Assembly: GCA_035084275.1 (NCBI GenBank)
Contig: CM068754.1
Coordinates: forward strand, 13,888,001 to 13,952,000
Source: Hydrolagus colliei
Taxonomy: Eukaryota
Length of the DNA stretch: 64,000 nucleotides
Reading direction: 5' to 3'
Positions 1 through 11,830 of the stretch are shown one piece after another. Position 1 is the stretch's first letter, and each line of letters opens with the position of its first letter. The position numbers were made by a program, and so were the translations under genes. The notes under the pieces are model-generated. The model was not told where the DNA came from, did not search any database, and worked only from the letters and a program-made list of their open reading frames with translations.

Positions 1-2276
1 ATTTACATTTTTAGTGCACGCGTGTGTGCACATGTCGTATTCTGTTAGCAAACACAGATAGTTGTTGCAGTGAATTACAGTGTAACACAAAGGGTGGGCG
101 TGATAAGCCATAGTGCTTTGGACAGCATGGTTGTTGGTGGGCGGAGGAAGAGAGGCAGAGAGATAGGATTCATATCAGGAAGGGTCCTGGCAGTTTATGG
201 CATGTACTGTACTTTCAAGTGTGTCTTGTTTATATGGGTGTCGATTTGGATTTGCTTAAATCCAGTGATTTATACTAGGAACCAGAGGTCAGATTTGAGG
301 TGATTTCAGAACATGCCTGAACCTCCGTTTGCCACTATAAGTGGAGCTTTGACGAGCTGGTCAGGTTTGTTGACCCTGATTACATTATTTGTCATGTGGT
401 GGATTTGCACAACAGATAATTGAAATGCGAGTTCTAATGTCCAGCAACCTTTAGCCTGTATGAGAGAAAGTTTTCAGACATCTGTGTGTGAGATGGATTG
501 TTGTTGCCATGCCTGGCGACTGTCTTTGTTTTTCCAGCTCTGTGTTTTTAATGAAGCCTGTTTTCCTTCAGGAGCAAAGGTTCTTTATTTAACCCCTTCC
601 ACAGTTCAGCTGTGATTTATGCAGTCACTTTCAGTGCAGCATTAAGTCCGGCCTGTTGTTTAGTTATCCTTGAGTTAGGCAATAATGGATGGTGTGGTGT
701 GTGTTTATTGTAGGTTTTAACACACTAGGGATTGTTTTAGCATGAGGAGAAGTTAAGTGCTAAAATAATCCCTGGAGTTCTAAATACATAGAAAAACACA
801 CAACTTTGAGTTCACTATTTTCTTTATCTTAAGAGTGCACTTATTATTCATCTTTTCCAGTGGATTTGCTGCAGCTGATTGTATAGCCTTGTGCAAGTTC
901 AACAAAGATTCCTAAACAGCTAAGGCTGTACCATTTTGCTAAAATTCCTGTTAGAAAACCATTCATCAGATGCGAAGAGATGGGCTGTTGATTCGATTCC
1001 GGGCATTTTGACTGTATGCTGGCTGGTGGGGATGACTGAAAGCAACATGAACTGACTTAGCCTTCCATTTTTCCCGTACTCTCTCAAGGCAATTGCTCGT
1101 CACCACGCCATCTAGCTAAGACGGATCTATTTGCGGGCATCTAGCAAATATCAGGAAGTTACTGTTTGGGGAATTGCTGAGCTGGTGTTACAGAGATATG
1201 TGGCACAGCGTATCCATACACAAATGCACTGGCAGAACTTGCATTATTTGTTGATTTGCTTTGTAACCTGCTGCAATGCAGTCTCTGTACATGGTTTCAC
1301 TTTCTCAATTGGAGTCTCTGGCAGTGTTGAACAACTGTGAGAACTGAATGACGCACTTTAATTTATACAGAACATAATTCAAGGTGTATCGGATTTTCAA
1401 AGTCTACCACTGTGTTTAGCTGCCTGCGATGAAATCTGATGTCAGACTTAAGCCACGGCTAATTCCAACAAGAAGGACCGGCATGGTTTATGCACTGTAG
1501 TATACCTGTCAGATTGCACAAGAACGCTTTCAATGTAGAGAAAGGGAGAACCCAGGGCTGAAATGTAGGGATTGTAACCAAGATTTTCTTGGATAGCATG
1601 CAGCTTGATCAGAAAAAGTTAGCAATGTGTTTAATAACACTGCACAAAGGCTGTGACTGAGCTCCAGAAAAGCTGTCGTCAAAAGAACAAAAAGTGAATT
1701 TGGATTTTAGAGATTGCATTGAATTTAGCCTGGAGGTACACACATAGCAGAACACTTTATTCGCCCCCACATACCTAATGGAGTGTGGAGTACAGAGTAT
1801 CTCATTAATGCAAAATGCTTGTGACAGCTTTGTATTCATCAATACATTTGCAAGAAATGGGATATAGCTTTTATTTAAATCTTTTTTTTTCTAATTACCG
1901 TAATGATGATTCTGTACTGCACAAGTATTGGAGGTAAGTAGACAGTACAATAATCATAAGACCCATTCACTAAACGCAATAGAATTTCATATGACAAACG
2001 AACGCAGGGAATTTTTTTTTTAAGTGCTGGATGGTAACTTGAGTTTGTCTTTGCAATTCACGAACTTACGGTACGGTTTTTTGAAAGCGGCATTCCAATT
2101 TGTTATTTATTATTTATTTTTAAAATAAAATCATATTTATTTTTTATTATTTATTCAATTATATTATTTATTATTTAAACTGCATAATATTGCTTGGAAA
2201 CTGTACGTACGGTGTTTCAGCATTAGATGTGATGTGACTGGGATTATAAATGGATTTGTGAATTGTCTCTTTGCAG

Positions 2277-2363
2277 GAGATGACTCATTCATGGCCTCCC
2301 CCACTGACCGCTATACACACTCCTGGGAAAGCCGAGCCAACCAAGTTCCCAATCCCAACTAAG
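2277..2363 (+). CDS. AFF2: AFF2 (FMR2) internal coding exon, ALF/ELL-binding segment: [29 protein letters not shown]
   Basis: tctctttgcag|GAG...AAG|gtaaga; 87 nt, phase 0-0. [16 protein letters not shown] is the AF4/FMR2 family hallmark. Paralog assigned from the downstream exons. Confidence 0.95.
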
Positions 2364-2667
2364 GTAAGAACCCTCATCTCCCCTCCGCACCCTGTAGTCC
2401 CTCATCCTCTGGTTTAAATCTAACCAGGGAGGCAATAATTAAACTGGCCAAATTTATGGGTGGTTTGTTGTGAACCTTCAATGAGCATGAAAATCGATCC
2501 TGACATGTTGTGTTTATATACCGCCACTCACCCAACGTGGCATCCCTGGGCACTCGCTATACTGCATGTGGGCGCTATATAATTGCACCTCACTGACTTG
2601 TCCCTTACACAATCCTTAGAGAGCTACCAGGGAGAAAACACTTTTATTGCCTTCCGTCTTTCATAAT

Positions 2668-2999
2668 ATAATAATAATCCTTGCATTTGATATAGCGCTT
2701 TTCACATCTTATCGACATCGCAAAGCACTTCACAGAATATACTGTAAAGTGAATTGACTGTATATTTGTGGGCAAATCACGGCAGCCAATTGCGCACAGC
2801 AGTGTCCCACAAACAGTCGTGGATTGAAATGACCAATTATATTAATGTGGGTTTTTTTGAGGGATTATTATTAGGCGTGTGAGTAAGGAAACTAGCCCAA
2901 GGTTTCACCCTGATCTGCCTAGATTTGAACACAGGTCTCCCAGCTTGGTCACCCCAGCTTGCAAGACAAGTGCACTAACCACTAAGCCACAGAAGCTCC
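2668..2999 (-). mobile_element. Full-length tRNA-headed SINE with L2-type tail ending (TTA)n (called family A here)
   Basis: Reverse complement of the copy at 45915-46222. Has A/B-box-like head and a small internal duplication of cccagcttg. Confidence 0.88.
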
Positions 3000-3820
3000 A
3001 CATGATCTGCACTTTAAATCGTAGGGATTTCAATTGCACCTTCTCAAAATTATCAGTATGTGATATAACAATGCTGAATAACACAGTCCATGTCATTTTT
3101 GGGATGTGAACAACACCCCAAAGTTGGCACAACAGGCTGATCTGAAACCTGCGGCTTTGCTGATGTCGCTCATGGAGTTTGAGAGTTATATGCCAACCTT
3201 TACCGAAGTTAGACATTCACACACGAACAGCACTTGAAACAGAGGGTTTGGTCTATCAGCAGATTGTGTTCATACAGGATGTATCTGCGTTGGCACTGGC
3301 AAGTATGCTACCCGTGATGTGAGTCTGGGGTAAAGCAATGAAGGTTTATGAAACAAGATTTGGCTGATCACAAGCTCAAATTGGTCACTTTGTGGCCAAT
3401 TTGAGGTCATGAATCAGACCTCTGTTTTTCCCAATAAAAAAAGTATGAAATCCACCACATAATGGGGCTTTCATATTAGCCTGCCCCTTTGTAAAGCCAT
3501 GTGCTGTAATAAAATGCTTCAAAGAGATATTGTTAGGGTAACATGAATGGATATTCTTTCTGCATCAGCGTTCTTGTCAGTCTGAATTTGTATTCAAATT
3601 GTTTGAATTGTGTATTTTGTTCCAACTGCTCCAGGTAATTACCCAATACAAACAGATCAACACATTGTCATTGTGCTCTGCTTAATTGCTTTACTATTAT
3701 CATTCATTAATTTCTGAACTCACCATGTGCTGAACCTAAATGATTAAATTCTTACCTCAATCCATTTGGGTTGTAAGGTTGCGAAATGTGCTCTGAGGTG
3801 TCTCATGTTCTTTGTTATAG

Positions 3821-3857
3821 GACTCCCAGCATCTAACCTCGGGATACAATGGGCAAA
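3821..3857 (+). CDS. AFF2: AFF2 small exon: DSQHLTSGYNGQ(K)
   Basis: tttgttatag|GAC...CAAA|gtaggt; 37 nt, phase 0-1. Resembles human AFF2 ESQHLTPGFTLQK and stays in frame with both neighbours. Confidence 0.9.
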
Positions 3858-4097
3858 GTAGGTCACCTTTTTTTTTGCTGTCTTTCAAGGCAATTTAATG
3901 CCGAATGTGTAATTAAACTTAATATTGGAATGTTAATTATAAGGTGTCTCACTCGGAAGATGGAAGAATAATTTTCCGATAAGAAAGTATTATGTTTTGT
4001 GGCATGTTAACAACGGAATTTTTGAATAGAAAGTTTAACAGCTGAGAGTGGGCCCTGTGAAACAATGTCATGACGGTCGCATACATTTTCTCTTCAG

Positions 4098-4149
4098 AGC
4101 GCTGCGACGTGCAAGTGAAGCCTCCGACAAAGTCAGCACCGCAGAAATC
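4098..4149 (+). CDS. AFF2: AFF2 small exon: (K)RCDVQVKPPTKSAPQK(S)
   Basis: ttttctcttcag|AG...AAATC|gtaagt; 52 nt, phase 1-2. Aligns with human AFF2 WNDPTTRASTKSVSFKS. Confidence 0.88.
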
Positions 4150-6150
4150 GTAAGTACAATTCTTAATAGAACCTCATAGTGTGCCTCGTACGGCTTTGGT
4201 TTACCTTCAGCTGTTTCTCTAATAAGTGAAGGGAAGCTGGCTGAGAGCATTATGGTCACTTCGATGCGTTTGAGTCTTACAAGATTTATAGGGTCTTGGA
4301 ATCGTGGTTCATTTCAAGATATTCATTTATCCTTTGCGAACGAACGTTTGTCCTTCAATTTGTTTTTGTTTTTTTAAAATGATAAGCTTTGTCAAGCTTT
4401 TATTCTCCCAACCCAGGTTGCTATCTGCTGCTCATTGCGCAAACACAAACTGAATAGGATCATTGAAGGTTATGGCATATGAATTGACCATTCATCCCAT
4501 CTAGTCTGCTTTGGTGCATTTTACCTTGCAGACTACCTAATGCAACCCCACTTACCTGCTCACTCTCCACCACCTTCCAATGTTCCTCCTTATAGGCATC
4601 GTGATTTAATTCCCTTTCAAAATAATTTAGCACAGACAAAATAAAGATGTGATTGTTGGTGAAATGTCATGGAGGGGTTAGATCTTGGGTGTATATGTTG
4701 CATTACTGTCCATGCAAGGTACAAGGGGGGAGTTTTCCATATGAAACTTTTGAGGCAATTGTTATCTGGCTTCATTTTGCAACTACACATAGTCACCTCA
4801 ATAAGATTGTAGAGTGTCAAATGATTAATACAAATTGTGGAGCCTAGTATGGTAAATTAGCCTAAGATATTAACTCTGGATGTATTGTGCTTCGGAATGG
4901 TGACTGATTATAGTCTGAAAGATTTGCCATACTCAACCTTTGAATGCCAAGTCCCCAAACCCTCTGCCTAGGTTTACATCTGCAATGACACTGAGCTAAT
5001 TGTGGAATCAAAGGAGACAGGAATCTTCCAAAGAGTTGTCAACAATTGGAATAGGTTTCCAAGTAGGGTGGCTTTTCCTTGTCTGAGAAATGACAGCTAG
5101 GGATGGATCTATATTGTGATAACCTCCACATCCCTCACAGTCAGTGCAGCCACAAAGTGCATTTCTTCCTTTTAATCATCTGAGAAGGATCACTACTAAA
5201 CTCTAATAAAAAAAAGGCTTCTGGTTTTCCCTTTCACCACCCACGGCCTCTATTAACCTGCACTTTAGCAGATGTTTTATCTCAGTGCTTCAATGAAATG
5301 AATAACTAGTATGAAGTATGCACAATATATGTAATCATTTGGATTTACATAAGCTTATTAAAAAAAATGAACAGTAAATACTCCCTCAAATTCGACTGAG
5401 GTTGCGTATATGTAGGAAATGACTTAATGCTTTAAAAAATACATTATTTTAATAATTAACAGGCTGGTGCCTGACATTAATTCCAGCTGTGTTCTTCCAA
5501 GTTTAATTTTAATCCCATTTCTGCATTTGTACTATAATTTTCCATTTCAGATTTCTTGCCAATAGGTTTTTATTTCAGTAGCAACACTTGGAAGTAAGAA
5601 ATTCCTGGAAGAAAGCGAACGGTCTAAAACTGATCTCATTTCATTTTGGCAGCACGAGCAATTCTCCTTTCATCTGGAACGATTTTGATGGTGAAGCTTT
5701 AGTGATAATTTGTCACTTTCAAAGTGATAGCCTGAGTGTAAAGTATTGCATTAGCCACTTTGAAACATATAGGTAGCTACTGTGACATGTTTTGCTTAGA
5801 GTAAATATTTTAAATGACCGTTTATCAAGTGAGGTTCTTGTACTCTTAGCAGGATCAACTACTGTATATACATTGTTTGAGACATAGTTAAATGTTCAAT
5901 ACCACTTTTGAAACTTCTCAGGCATTGGTACAAGTGAAAGAGCCAATGATCCATTTATACACTGTTTCGAGCTGCATAAGGAATTCAGATTATTTCCAAA
6001 TCAAGAAATACTTGAGATTCAGTGACCGCTGTTCCCACATGCAACAGAAGTGCTGCCACTCTAAGCTGGGATACCTGCATAAGGAAAATAAAAGTATTTT
6101 AACAACAACTTGCAGGATCTCTGGCGTAATCTAATTTGCGACCATTATTT

Positions 6151-6870
6151 CATCATCCGCAGACATGGGGTCAACTTCCACATGTATGCGGATGACACCC
6201 AACTCTATCTTTCTGCCTCCACCCTTGATTCCACGACCACTGCTGTCCTGACAGACTGTCTGACGGACATCAAGTCCTGGATGAGAGTTAACTTTCTACA
6301 GTTGAATGTCAACAAGACCAAGGCCATCTTGATTGGCTCACACCAGCACCTTCACACCTCAGGCACTGGCAACATCAACCCCCATGGATGCACATTCCAC
6401 CTCACCAAGCCAGTCAGGAACCTAGATGTCTTGTTTGATCATGAACTAGATCCGACTCCATTGCCTCCCCATCATTAAGAAGATTCGATTCAAGATCCTT
6501 GTCTTTGCCTTTAAAGCCCTACATGGTCTTACCCCACCCTACCTCGGCAACCTCCTAACCCCTACCAACCTGTCCGCTCCCTCCAGCCTGCACCATGTCC
6601 CCCGACCCACCTGCCTCACCATCAGTCGGAGAACTTTCAACCGCTTTGCTACCAACCTCTGGAATTCCATCCTGAAATCCCTTCACTTCGCCCACTCTCT
6701 GGCCTCTTTCAAGTCCCACCTCCATACCTTCCTCTTCCATGGTGTCATCAGTCAACCCCCATTCCCACCCTTTCTCTCACCCTCCCCGATACTGACCCAG
6801 CTCATGTCTGAAACACTGACTGTCCAGCGCCTTGAAAGGCACTGTACAAATGTAATTTTGTTGTTGTTAT
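6151..6870 (+). mobile_element. 5'-truncated, internally deleted L2 LINE (RT YADD region to 3' tail)
   Basis: HMYADDTQLYLS...WMRVNFLQLNVNKTK in ORF 6110..6478, later FKILVFAFKALHG, and tail aaatgtaattttgttgttg. Confidence 0.9.
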
Positions 6871-7764
6871 TAAGGAATCCAGTTACAAATTAGACTCGAG
6901 TGTCTAAACGTACAATTTGTTACTGTTAGCACGCAGCTTGTTACATTTGGGGACAATTTTTTTTGGCTTTGCATCTAATTCTTATTCATTTGAACCCACA
7001 CATTTTGGTGTAAGGAAAATGTAAACCAAATAAATTTAACCTGTTAGCAATGAATGATGAGACAAGTTTATGTTGTATCTGTGGAGAAACTGTAGCTACT
7101 CCCCTTCCCCCCCACTGAATGGGTAAATGGCTGCATTATCTGAGGGCGCTTTCAGAAGGTTTTCTTTCCTAGGGAGAGCAAGTCACAACATTTGGATTGT
7201 TTGAATTACTCAAGTTGTACTTGAAAGCTACATCTGTTCTTAACCTAAACAGAATGGTCTGTGCCAAAGTTATTCCCTCTTGTGCAGAACACTATTTCTT
7301 ATTACAGTGAACTATTCATCCATCATTCAAGAGTAATAATGAGATCAAATCATCTGCAGACTAATCTATTGTTTATGTATTAATCTAATGAGAGGATTGA
7401 TTTAGTGTCATGTCTTTTTATGTCGAGTAATAATTATTCCAACAAATGTGTAGGGGGCCTATACACAGACCTTTAACTTGTTCACATCAGTGTCTTAACC
7501 TGTTCAGTGGAGCAATTTAATAATCTTATGGCACCAGAATGTAGCAACAAAAAGCAGAAACTACCAATAATTTTAACAGGAATCTCAGTACATTTGTGAG
7601 AAAGAATGGAATAGGGAGGTGCTAGGCGGTTGGACTTAGGAGGTGGGGGGAAGACACATGCAATATAAACAGCATAAACTAATTTAGGCTGAATGGCCTG
7701 TTTCTGTGTTGCAGTTTCTATATAATTCCCCCTTCTTTGACAGTTTTTTTTATCATCTTCCTCA

Positions 7765-8663
7765 GATTAAGTGGTTCAAGCACTCGCCTGCCAAGCGAGA
7801 GTCCTGGGTTCGATTCCTGGCAGGGCAAAACCTTCAGCAAGTTTCCTTATTCCACATAGAATCATAGAATCATAGAATTTTACGGCACAAAAGGAGGCCA
7901 TTCGGCCCATCTAGTCTGTGCCGGCTCTTTGAAAAGAGCGATTCAATCCCACTGCCCTGCCCGCTCCCCATAGCCTAATAGACCCGTTCTCCCTAAATAA
8001 AGATCTAATTCCCTTTTAAAAGTTGTTATCGAATCAGCCTCCACCACCTTTTCAGGCAATGCATTCCAGATTCGAACAACTCGCTGAGTGAAAAAATTTC
8101 TCCTCAGCTCCCCTCTACTTCGCCTTGAAACTATTTTAAATCTGTGACCACGAGTCACAGATTCGCCCACGAGTGGAAATAGTTTTTCTCTATTTGCCCT
8201 GTCGAAACCCCTCATGATCTTATAAACCTCTATTAGGTCTCCCCTCAATCTTCTCTGCTCCAGAGAGAATAACCCTAGCCTATCTAGCCTCTCCTCATAG
8301 CTGAAGTCCCTCAATCCTGGCACCATCCTAGTAAATCTTCGTTGTACCCTTTCCAATGCCTTCACATCCTTTCTGTAGTGTGGTGACCAGAATTGAACAC
8401 AGTATTCCAGCTGAGGCCTCACCAAAGTCCTATAGAAGTTAGTCAGCACTTCCTGACATGCCTGATAATAATCGCTCAAGAAAAAACTGTAATAATTTGT
8501 GCACTCAACTCATTATTTTTGTTTGTGGGACACTGTTGTGTGCTATTGGCTGCTGCGTTTCACCCACAAATATAGTCAATTCACTTCACAGTATATTCTG
8601 TGCAACTCTTTGAGATGTCTAGAAGACGTGAGAAGCGCTATATCAAATGCAAGGATTATTATT
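7765..8663 (+). mobile_element. Family A SINE split by a CR1 insertion (SINE parts ~7765-7857 and 8456-8663)
   Basis: Head with ggttcgattcc B box; body resumes at acatgcctgataataat, colinear with 45915-46222. Confidence 0.88.
7855..8455 (-). mobile_element. 5'-truncated CR1 LINE (ORF2 C-terminus, 3'UTR, (ATTCTATG)n tail)
   Basis: ORF 7943..8479 reads YRTLVRPQLEYCVQFWSP...LFSLEQRRLRGDLIEVYK...FFTQRVVRIWNALP; catagaat x3 tail. Confidence 0.95.
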
Positions 8664-11319
8664 AGACTGTGTATCCGCTTGACTTGTAATTCCACAGTTT
8701 CGAAGCCTAGACTCTATAAAGCAGCTCACTCAACAAATATTATAACAGGACAGATTGTGCATTAGCATTAGAACCAGAGTGCATTGTGTAGTTACTTATT
8801 TAAAAATAAGAGATGATAGCAGCAGCCACGGCATTGATCTTGGCATCTTATAAAGCAGTATGTCCAGAATAGGCAATGATGGTAGCAGACACACAGCAGG
8901 ACTGTTAAGGCTTTTAACAATCAACTTTGATTTGAATGGCTTCATTAATGAGAATTTTGCTTTTGTGAAGATCCCAATTACTTCTGAGATCATTGTGAAG
9001 TAAGGTTTTATCAAAGTCTTGGCAGGCTCGCTCTGTCTGCCACCAACCATCTTTGTTGTACCAAACAGGCTGCTTTCTAAGCATTTAGAACTTGTTGTGC
9101 TGGGTTTTGCCAATAGAAATTTCTGAGTCGGGAGTAAGAATTTCACAGTCAAACACCAGGCTTTTCAGTGACACAAAGTCTCCATTGGAAGGCTCAGAAT
9201 AAGTTGAGAATAGGCCTTAACGTTTTATCATTGCATCTCACCTCATTATATAACAGCTTTAAAGTATGACATTTCCTGGGCCTCCCATTGTAACCTGGAG
9301 TCAGTTCATTCTGACAGTGTTGAAAAGTCTTGACAATTACAAAGCAGCAAATTGACACTTAAAACAGAAGGGGGAATAGAAACATACATAAACATGCGTT
9401 GCTTGATGGTTCAGCACCTCCGATTTGCGCACTTATGAAACAGCTTGAAAACTACTCCCGAACCATTAGTTCTTCGGCAATCTTGCAGCAATATGGGTGG
9501 GCACTTTCTGTTCTCGCTAGGTTGCATCTCTATCTCTCACGTTGCATTGTCTGCAAGACTGCCGATGAGCAAGTGAAGCTGCTGTCCTGATTTGACCTTT
9601 AGTACTGGATTAAAATTCCCCAACTGGTTTCCACGGCGACCGTACCTAGAAAATTAGATCTTTGAAAGAGCAGGAAGAAAGCTAAAACTCCTCAGAGTAG
9701 CAATGAACTCTGGAAGAGGGTTGTTTCCAATTGGCAATGACATGTTCCTAATTGAAATAATCTGGTGAGCTTTGCCTGAGAGAGAGAAAAAAATTGTTTG
9801 TTGAGGGGTGGGGGGGAGAGAAAACTCCTTACTTACAAATGATGAGGCTTTTTTTAATATAAAAACAGCGAAAGATCAGCCTTGATTAGAAGTGAAGCAC
9901 ACTTTTTATTCCACCATGATTTTAAATCAGCTTCGGCATGCAGTCCCAGGCACTGATGTACAGACTGAGATATAAAAGGTGGCAACAGGCCAAGCTAAAT
10001 AGTCAGGCACTTGGAGGCCAAACCCAGAAGACTGATGCCCCAGGCTAAATGTGCAATCGCAATGGTACCAGGGTCTGAATGGTGGCTGGCTTTAAATCAC
10101 ACGCTGCCTATTACCAACTCTGTAGGAGACTGCACAAAGAACCTTTTAGAAGTACTGAGTCTGACCTCAAGGGTTATGGCCACAATTCATTTTGCAGCTT
10201 GATCAGGAGCTTGTAGCTGTGCAACGATAAACTAACATGCGTCTTTCATAAAGAACAAATGCAGAGCGTATTTTAACCTCCTCTGAAGTATGGAGTTGCA
10301 GCGTATGAAATGGAGATCTGCCTGCTGTATGTCACGAAGCGCTGTGTGGACTTTTTCTCTCTCTCTCCCACCCCTCCCCCCCCACCCCCCGCACCACCCT
10401 TTTCAATATAAACTGAACTAAACTGGTTTCTGCTGCTCTTCATTTTTTTAAAAAAACTTATTTGAAGCAGGTTTTTCTTCCAAATCACTGCAATTTGTGA
10501 ATTAAATGAAATATCAGCCATCATTATTTAAGGGAACAATTGCACACAAAAACTTTTTTTTTGTTTGATACCCTATCTTGAGTTGGTGGGAATTGTTCTT
10601 GATCCCTGACCTCCAGTAAGAAGACTCCAACAGTTGCTTGCGACATGTGTGTTTCGATTGCTTTAAATCTTATTTAGTCTTTTTTTGCTCTCTCAAACAC
10701 CACTGCATTTTAGTTTGATTTTTCCGAATCGGTATTTTTCATTGGCCTTGTTTAGTTATTCCAAAATTTTCATCTCTCTTCGTTGTGGTTGATTCCTGCA
10801 TACTTTTTGTTTGAGCACAAGATACAGCCTGTGCAACCCGTGAAGCTGCTTTAAAACATCTCTCGATAACATGATAAGGCGGCTGTATCAGGACGCAAGG
10901 ATTTTTTTTGTCCGTTTGCTGGTTTTATTCCAACTTCATTCTCCAAAGTTTCTGGCCTCATTTCCTATTTGTCTTTCCCTCCCCCCACCCTTACAAGATT
11001 CAAATTTCTTCAACACTGGGGTCTTAGGAATTGTTTTGGAGCTGATGCCAAATGTTGGCGTTTGCACCTGCAGCCTGATTGTGTTTCACACGCAGCCCAT
11101 GGGACAGAGGAGAACCGTGTGCTCATTATCACGTTGGTCACTCCAGCAGATCTGGAGGGAGGGACGGAGGGAAGGAGGGAGGGAGGTAGGGAGGCAGAAT
11201 CCAGCTGGGATCAGGGCTCAATTAGTGCAACTTTCAAATTCTTTGACAGCCAGGATTTTTTTTCTCCTCCATATAAACTGAACTGCTGTTGACCTTGATT
11301 TTTTTGGGGGGTTACTTTA

Positions 11320-11830
11320 GAATAATAATCCTTGCTTTTGACATAGCGCCTTTCCTGTCAGGAGGATTCATGGAGCACTTCACACGTTTACAAAGGGTTA
11401 AAAGGCATTAGCATAACATCAATGATCTTTTTTAAAACAAAATTGACTCAAGAATGAAAAATGCCACATATTTAAACCAATTTGATGATGAAAAAAAATT
11501 ATGCATTTGATGAAGCACCTTATCAAGCTGTCTCAAAAGAGCTTTACGGGATATTAAATATCTTGTAAAAACACCCACAATATATACAGCCAACTCACTT
11601 TACAGTATCTTCTGTAAAGTGATTTCTGACATTAATAATAATAATCCTTGCATTTGATGCAGCACTTTTCACATTTTCTAGATGTCTCAAAGCGCTTTAC
11701 AGAATATACTGTAAAGTGAATTGACTGTATATTTAGGCAAAGCACTACATCAAATGCAAGGATTATTATTATAAAGTGGATTGACTGTGTATATTGTGGG
11801 CAAAATGTGGCAGCCAATTGTGTACAGCCG
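11320..11830 (-). mobile_element. Cluster of family A SINE 3' fragments; main copy 11632-11830
   Basis: Repeated aataataatccttgcatttga tail and aaagtgaattgactgtatatt motifs in both orientations. Confidence 0.8.
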
